NCBI GenBank assembly: GCA_012295275.1
Contig: CM022665.1
Coordinates: 23,684,001 to 23,748,000 of the forward strand
Direction of reading: 5' to 3'
Length of the DNA stretch: 64,000 nt
Source of the DNA: Chrysomallon squamiferum
Lineage: Eukaryota > Animalia > Mollusca
In this document: in pieces, positions 56,466-64,000 of the stretch
Position numbering within the stretch: position 1 is the first letter of the stretch
How the letters are laid out: every line of letters begins with the position of its first letter
Program-made: the position numbers and the translations under genes
The notes under the pieces: generated by a model
The model's database searches: none
What the model was told of the DNA's origin: nothing
The model's input: the letters and a program-made list of their open reading frames with translations, nothing else

Positions 56466-58489
56466 AACTCTGAATAAGATTAATTACGATCGTATTAAGA
56501 TCAGCTGTAGTTACATTACGTTACCACGCAAGTCGTTCGTGTCAGTAACATTCCAGACGGGTATTGCTGTTTGGCAGAAAATAAATCTTTTTAATCGCAC
56601 CAAACCAGTCATTACAGCATCTCTTAAATGTCAGGTAGAACTGCTGGCTAGGGTTTAAAATTTCTGAACGTAAGCCTGTACCATAAGTTATTCTTTTCTC
56701 GTTGCAGCTAGAGTTATTTCAGGTCAGTAACTGTGTTATCAGTCGCAGGACATTGGCTGGAACACACAATATATGTCTGTAAGACCGTTCATAAGTGGAC
56801 AAATACGTAATAATGAAAAGTACAGAAAGTTCGTTATGCACGAAAGTTACGACTGGATTTCTCTTTTTGATCAGCTACATTTTGATATTTTGTTCCTAAT
56901 TGTTGTTATTGTTATTACAACTATCATTAATACTACTACTACTACTATTGCTGAGTAAAACGAACTTTTTTTTTTTTTAGACTTTTACTGATGTATCTGA
57001 AATCCTATTTATCCTGGACTAATTTCCGATCCATTCAAATTTTAACGATTGATATATATCTGAAAGACAATGGAATGAGCTTTCTTGTTTACGAGAAGGT
57101 ACATATAAAAATAATATTTTGCTATTAATCGATAATAGTAGCCTACTGCATCTTAATGCGAAGTTTTCTCTTTCGAATTTCGTCATTTAACAGGATAAAC
57201 ATATTTTATACCTAACAACCGTTGTTACGGGAATATTCTGACGTGCAGTCATACAAATACGTATTCATTTATTTGTAATGAGTAGGTGTGTCTTATCACG
57301 TGTTTACCAAGAATCTGATATAAACGAACATTTCACGCTGATTCTGTTCCATTCGTTAATGAATAACTGTTAAAAGATATATCTTGTCTAGACATTAACG
57401 TAAACGTTACACAAGAAAACAAGCTATACTTGTTATCCGTTAAAGTAATCGTTTGGCTAAAAGACATGTGGCCGACTTTACTTTAAATTAAAAACGTTAT
57501 CTCGAATTCTTCCCATCACCGGGAGATAACGTGTAACCAAATATCACATAAGCACAACTAACTCTGAAAATAACATGCATAATTCCTTTTAACGAAACTT
57601 TGTGGCTTCCAGAAACGTTTTTCGTGGTTTTGGACACACTAGTTCAAAAACTGGGTTAGTGGTAGGTTAGTGATAACCACCAATTAAGTGATAAATAGAA
57701 ACTTCTGCTTATTAACTGTTTTGACAGAACATTGTCTAGGGGCAATCGTAGTTAAAAATAGTTTGGAGTTAAAACATGAGGCACGAACGTGAGAATCAAA
57801 TAGGCGAAATAGTCTTTAACAGAGGCAAATAATTCCTCCACGAATTCCTCCAAAAGGAAAAAAAAAAAAAAAAAAAAGAAAACCCACCAAACCCCACACA
57901 CACACAAAAAAGGAGATAAAAAACATAATATAGTAACCCACAGTCATAAATGTTATTTATATATATATATATATATTATTAACTCATAAAGAAATTTATA
58001 TCACTGTTAGTATTAACCAGTGATTCAGTTAACAATTTATTTGAACGACCTGGTATTTACATCAACTGATTAAATAGTACTGTAGCACGACAGTGTCCAA
58101 CCCATTGGATGTCGCTTATCTTCTGATTAAATACTCTTCTACAATGGCGTTAAATAAACACTCAGAGTGTATCACCCACCTACTGATTAAATAATACTGT
58201 ACTGTTTTTCCGTTATGTACATTGGAAATCACTTCTCTGTACATTTAATAATTTGCAAGATGTCGTTAAGCAAACACTTGTTTCAATGAACTTGATGATA
58301 TTACAACTCCTGTGAGAGTCTTGATAATGAATCATTGTTTAGCGAGTGCTGGATTGATGCTGGCGGTTTTGTCCAGTTTAGATGCATTACTTAATGAAAA
58401 TTTCATAAACAGATGTTTGCGTTGTGACACAAAGAGAATAATCTTCGCAGCGCTGTGTTTGTTTGTTTGTGATAATGCTTAGGTAGACG

Positions 58490-58513
58490 TAGTGTCAATA
58501 GTAACGACGTTAA

Positions 58514-58546
<33 letters not shown>

Positions 58547-58722
58547 CGGTGGTAGTAATAGTAGCAGTGCTAGAATATATAGAAGTATTAGTAGTAATTG
58601 CAGTAGTGATAATAATAGTTTTATTAGATGAAATTTTAGTATTATTAGAAGTCGAAGTGGCGGTGGTAGAGGTACTAGTAATTGTATCAGGAGAGGAGAT
58701 GACATCAGCAGTAGTAAAGTAC

Positions 58723-58753
<31 letters not shown>

Positions 58754-58909
58754 TGTAGTAGTAGAAATAATAGTGGCTGTAGTAATAGTAGTAGAAGTAG
58801 TAGCATTAATAGTGGTAGCGGTAATAGCAGTAGCAGTAGTAATAACAGATGTGATAACAGTAATGGCAGTAATAAAAGTAGTAGCAATATTAAAAGTAGC
58901 AGTACCGGC

Positions 58910-58943
<34 letters not shown>

Positions 58944-59305
58944 ATAGTAATAGAAGAACATGTAGTGGCGGTGGTAGAGATAGTAGTGATTGCATCAGAA
59001 GAGGTGGTGGTAGTGGTAGTAGTAGTAGTGAAAGTAGTGTTTTTAGAAGTTGCAGTAGTAATAAAAATAAAGGTAGTAGTAATATTAATAGTAGCAGTAG
59101 AAGTAATAGTAGTAATGGTAAAAGTAACAGCAGTAGTAGTAACAGTACTAGCAGTGACAGAAGTAATAGTAGCAGCAGCATCAGCAGCATTTACAATAGT
59201 AATATCAGAAGTAGTAGTACTAGTAGTAACAGTGGAGGTAGTAATAGTAACAGCAGCAGAGTTACTAGTAGTAGTTTGTTTTGGTGGTAGCAGTAAGAGT
59301 AGTAG
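58490..59305. repeat. ~800-bp degenerate (GTA)n trinucleotide satellite
   Basis: Directly visible; yields the spurious Val-rich (181 aa) and Leu-rich (161 aa) ORFs. Confidence 0.92.
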
Positions 59306-59578
59306 CTGTGATATCTAATTTGTGTAATCAGAATAGAAGAAACAGTTGTGACGTGTACATGACTAGAGTGATACAACTCTTAGGAGACTAATTACAGTAC
59401 TGGCAGCTCTACAATACTACAAGCAGGAATGGGTAAACTTGTTACAGTCGAATATGCAATATCTATACTAAATCATCTTTACAAGTGAATGGAGACACTG
59501 TGCGACTTGTAAACAAAGCGTACATATGTATGCACGCACATGATACTCACACACAAAGATATTTGTTTTAGTTTGTTC

Positions 59579-59659
<81 letters not shown>

Positions 59660-60087
59660 TACAAATAATAGATATTTATACTACTTCCTAACCGACATGA
59701 TTCACTTAGATCAATTAGGTCAGCATGAAATGGATTCTAAAACAAGTGTAATTATGACTGATGCTATGTTATAATCGCTTTGTGTGTATGTTATTTCGTA
59801 CATTGATAACTGATCTCATTCTGCTAAATATCATCGTCACTGAATGAAACGTTTTCTTTATTTTTGTTTTGTTCATTCTTCTTGCAATATGATACGGGAT
59901 TCTACTAAATGAAAAAGAAAAATGAAAAAAAAAAACAAAAACAAAAAACAAACATTATATACCTTACTCGTCTTTCTTATTTTTATTAAAACAATTACTT
60001 GTTTTCATCAAAGAAGTCCAGATTAAAAGCCGTTTCTTTTTAATTATATTTTATTTCTTTTTATCGACAACAACATTAGATATAACT

Positions 60088-60175
60088 GTTGAAATTCATC
60101 CTAATTTCGAATCATTGTGTATGTGTGTGCTTGCGTGTATGTAGACAATAATACGAAATTAGGATGAATTTCAGC
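60088..60175 (+). other. 88-nt long hairpin / inverted repeat (pre-miRNA-like candidate)
   Basis: Arms GTTGAAATTCATCCTAATTTCGAAT and ATACGAAATTAGGATGAATTTCAGC are 23/25 complementary. Pairing continues toward the centre with G:U wobbles. Confidence 0.6.
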
Positions 60176-60451
60176 TTTTTATTTTATTTTATAATAAAGT
60201 AATATTCACAGACAGCCGGGATTTCACAAAATAGAGAAAGCATTGGATTTAATCTTCAAGATGAAATGCGTTTTATCATTAAATCGACAATAATATCATA
60301 GGTCAGCTAAAAGTAGAGTGATATCCAGTGCATCGTTAGTTTTAATTCAGTTTATAAATTCTTTATATTATAATTATTATTTAAATTTTTCAATTTATAT
60401 ATTTTGTTATTTATTTTCAGTTAGAAACAACAAATAGTTTATCTCAATCTG

Positions 60452-60490
<39 letters not shown>

Positions 60491-63400
60491 TAATATTTGC
60501 TTGACGTCAGACCGGTTTTGACAAACTGATAACATTTGTTTGACATCATGAATTATTCACCTTCGGGAAATATCGCTGAACAAATTTTGCAAAGACATTT
60601 TTATTTCATTTTACTATGCTGCAGCTAAACAATAATAACTGTCATGTTAAAAAAGATAACAGTGGTCATAGTCGTAGTAGTAGTACCAAATTCTTTATTC
60701 GTCCAATTTGTCTGTCCGTTTGTCCGTGTCTTTGTGCGTCTGTTTGACTATATAGCCATTTCATGAGTGACTATTTCTGACCGTTTTCTTATTTGAAATC
60801 ACTGTGATATAATAATGCAGCCAAAGGAAGATTTCGTGAATAATAAGGTCAGTGACCGATTCGACATAAAAGTGTTGACAGGAACTAAACCGTGTCTGCA
60901 AGATTAGATTACATTCGAATGGTTTTATTTTTCTCCCGCGATACATCAGATTAGCGCTCATCATAATCGAACAAATCAGTCGGCATAATGCGATAAAATA
61001 ATTTATTTTTATTTCTGACTGTTTATTATATATTATAACTTGATGATAACGTATCTAAAGCATTTGGGACTGAATAGGTATGGGACAGAATCGTAATTCT
61101 TGACACCGTCCGTGTTTGTGCTGGTATCCAGTTGATGTGTACCATCTCCAGAACTACCCTTGTAGTTCATCCGTTTTTAAAATTTCAGGTGTAAAAACCT
61201 GTTTAGTGACTTAGTACTCACATTTCTCAATTGTTTCGATTTTCAATTTTCCTTTTGCTGTCTTAGAAGTATTTTAAATTTTCAGACTAAAAATACCTTT
61301 ACAACACCATCCAAACATTTACATACATTTTTTTTTTTTCTGCAAAATATTATCAAAATCTGTTCAGCGCTAAAAGTTTTCTTGCTTCTGCAGAAAGCGG
61401 CTAATTTAGAGGTATGGACAGTAAACAAACTATTACCGCCTTTTTTTGTTAGGTCACGTGATCAAATACTGCTGTTTAATTGGATGTTTAATTTTATTCT
61501 ACTTTGTTAGATGTTTATAAATATATATAATTAATTAGCTAATGCAGAATTTTAATACCATGCAATGATGTTGATATCCTGAAATTTTAAAACAGCTGTT
61601 TTGATTTTTAAGAGATATCGAAGAATTTAATAAACTTTGATTACAGTATTTGTTTTAGTAAAGCTCGAAACAATAGGTTACAATTACCGGAATTTTCGGA
61701 ACATGAAATTTCCATTACTCCGATATTTTTCATAAATATGCTCTTTTCAGGGATGCAAGATTAATCATTTTAATTTGGGATCTTTCTTTTCTTTTTTCTT
61801 TTTGTCACAAAGATGAAAATGGGAACCTTTGAGCCTCTGACTGCTAAATGGTAGTGGCATCTATCCACCATCAATTCAACTACTCTAGTGAATAACCGTC
61901 ACCCATATTGTTTAGAGAGCTTTGGAGCAGACCATCAACACGTCAGTTAAAAATGAAAATTTGTGACTGCCTTGAGTAATTGTGTGTGTGTGTTACAGTT
62001 TAATATTGAAATGATAATACATATTTCAAAGATCCTGTAAAGGTTTGTATTTATTGTTAGTAATTGCTTTTGACTTCTAAATGCAGTTTTAGTCGATCAG
62101 CCGCGCGGTTCTCTGGTATACTGGCCTAATGTAATGAAAGTGGTGAAATTAGCGTCAAATTTTTATGGGTTTAATCTTGAATAAGATTCAACATTAGTTT
62201 GAGACTCTGAAACTACACTAAAACCATGCAGACTGAGCCAACAGCACACTATGCCCTAGACTGAGGTCAGTGCGTTGAAAATGCAGTTCAGCTTTTAGTT
62301 TATTACAGTATGTGCTTCTCAGATGAAATCTATGATAGGGGTAAAAGAAAAAATATTTACATGTGTGTTGTTTCTAGCTAGTTTGACTGTCTGAGATCAT
62401 GATCCGCGATGAGCCATACGGACCCTGTTACACAAGTGTCCTCCATAAAGATGATGATAAAGATAACCTATCAAACTGTATTGTGATCGAGACCAATAAC
62501 GGCTTTATAAACATCAACAACTGTGAAGATTTGGGTGACAGGGCCAAATATCTTAAAAATAGCTATTCGGTTCCCAGTCTCCCCTATCTAGATTGAATTT
62601 TTCACACCAAAATGAGAAGAAAATTCATTCGGTGGTAAGTTCTACTCACAATGATTGGACAATGGTTATTAATCGTACCACCTAAAATGTCAACCTTTTT
62701 TGTTTGTTTGTGGCTTTTTGTGTGTGTGTTGTTGTGTTTTTTTTTTTTTTTTTTTTTATCTTTGTTTTTGTGTGGGGCCTTTTTATTTTTATTTATTTAT
62801 TTTTTTTTTTTTTTTTTGAGACACATCTTTCAAGCAGACGGGTTCTTTTGGGAAGTGTTTCCAAAAACATAAGATCAGGGTCATAATTTTTCGTATGGTC
62901 GAACAGAATGTAATTCGAAATCAAAATGCTTACTTGTTTGGTTAAACATTGTTCTTCAGTATAACTGGAGATATTTTCAGTTCGTTTCACTTATACAGAT
63001 CCGTATTACGCTTGAAGCAGGTTTTACTGAGTAAAACATTAAAATGCCTGTCGTTTATATTCAGTTGTTTCTTGTAAAATCCGCACTTAGTTTAATTACA
63101 AGTATATGATTTCGCGGGGGACACTAAATTGTGTTTCATCCTTATTTACTGCCGAACGGAACCAACACTATGGAAGCCAGAACATGATTTATTTTCGCGC
63201 ATTAAACAGATCATGACATTTGTCAGCGTCCGTGACCGAAAGTGAAATCAGTCATCGAAGCGCGGGAAACAGAAACTAATCAACTTAGACGACAACCATT
63301 TGATCCCTTATTGTTGTACGAGGAATATGCGAAGGTTATATCTCTCGTTGAAAGAGAGAATCCATTAAAACCCACCAGAATGGAAATCTTGACATTGTTC

Positions 63401-64000
63401 AGAAAACGAAATTAAAATGCTTTCATATTATCATGAAAGATGTTGGTTTATTGGTGGGGGTTTTAAAATTTAATACATGGTCAAGGATCTGTTTTGAGTT
63501 GCTGGGTAAAGTACTGGACTTAAACTGGTTCGAGTCATATGCTGAATTAAGATTTGTCGCAGTATCTATTCCCCTTGGTGTTCCCGTCCAGCAATTTTCT
63601 GTTCCAGCCTGTGCTCTGCGATTGGATTATGTAAATCTGTAGTGTTTGTTTTTCTGTTAGTGGGAAGGTTCGTTTAAAGTTTCGTGACGGTAAACTGATG
63701 AACCTAGCCAACGAAGTGGAGGTAGCATGAATCCTTTCATGTTATTATTAAACCAAAAAAAAAAATGTAATTTATATTAGATTTCAAATAACTGTTAATT
63801 AGAAGACCATCTATATCAATGTTTTCTTGATGAAACATAAACATAGTTTTTATTAACATTTCCCCCAAAACAGGTTTTTATCAATGTTGATAGATATATA
63901 TTCCCCTAAAGCACGTTTTTATCGGTGTGAATATCTATATATATTTACACTGATAAAAACGTGCTCTGGGGGTAAAAAAAAAAGTTAATAAAAAGTGTGT

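Noticed and set aside
58403-59376. Longest ORFs in the track (Val-rich 181 aa, Leu-rich 161 aa) as membrane proteins
   Set aside because: They are translations of a degenerate (GTA)n satellite, with no splice or domain support.
62378-62641. 65-aa ORF flanked by acceptor-like and GTAAGT donor-like sites
   Set aside because: There is an in-frame stop just after the acceptor, the ORF stops before the donor, and I see no recognisable homology. At most a non-coding exon.

Overview
This is AT-rich, microsatellite-dense animal genomic DNA; a mollusc-like or other lophotrochozoan source is an inference from globin type and repeat content. Most ORFs in the supplied track are simple-repeat artefacts. 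The real coding content is a cluster of three intact, three-coding-exon globin genes with the ancestral B12.2 and G7.0 introns and N-terminal MGCxKS acylation motifs (membrane-anchored globin X-like/neuroglobin-like type). Globin A is on + (join 1509-1654, 2049-2271, 2919-3191; 213 aa). Globin B is on - (join 9261-9080, 8661-8430, 6008-5598; 274 aa). Globin C is on - (join 43745-43540, 20789-20558, 14486-14124; 266 aa) and has a 22.75 kb first coding intron. A and B look like compact, faster-evolving sister duplicates of C. Both carry a Cys 11 residues after the distal His (E18), A has a remodelled distal pocket, and all three have long, dissimilar C-terminal tails. Also present: a decayed Tc1/mariner transposase in an intron of B, a 5'-truncated L2-type LINE, a probable pogo/Tigger-type MITE, degenerate tandem repeats, a perfect palindrome and an 88-nt pre-miRNA-like hairpin. 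All coordinates were read by hand.
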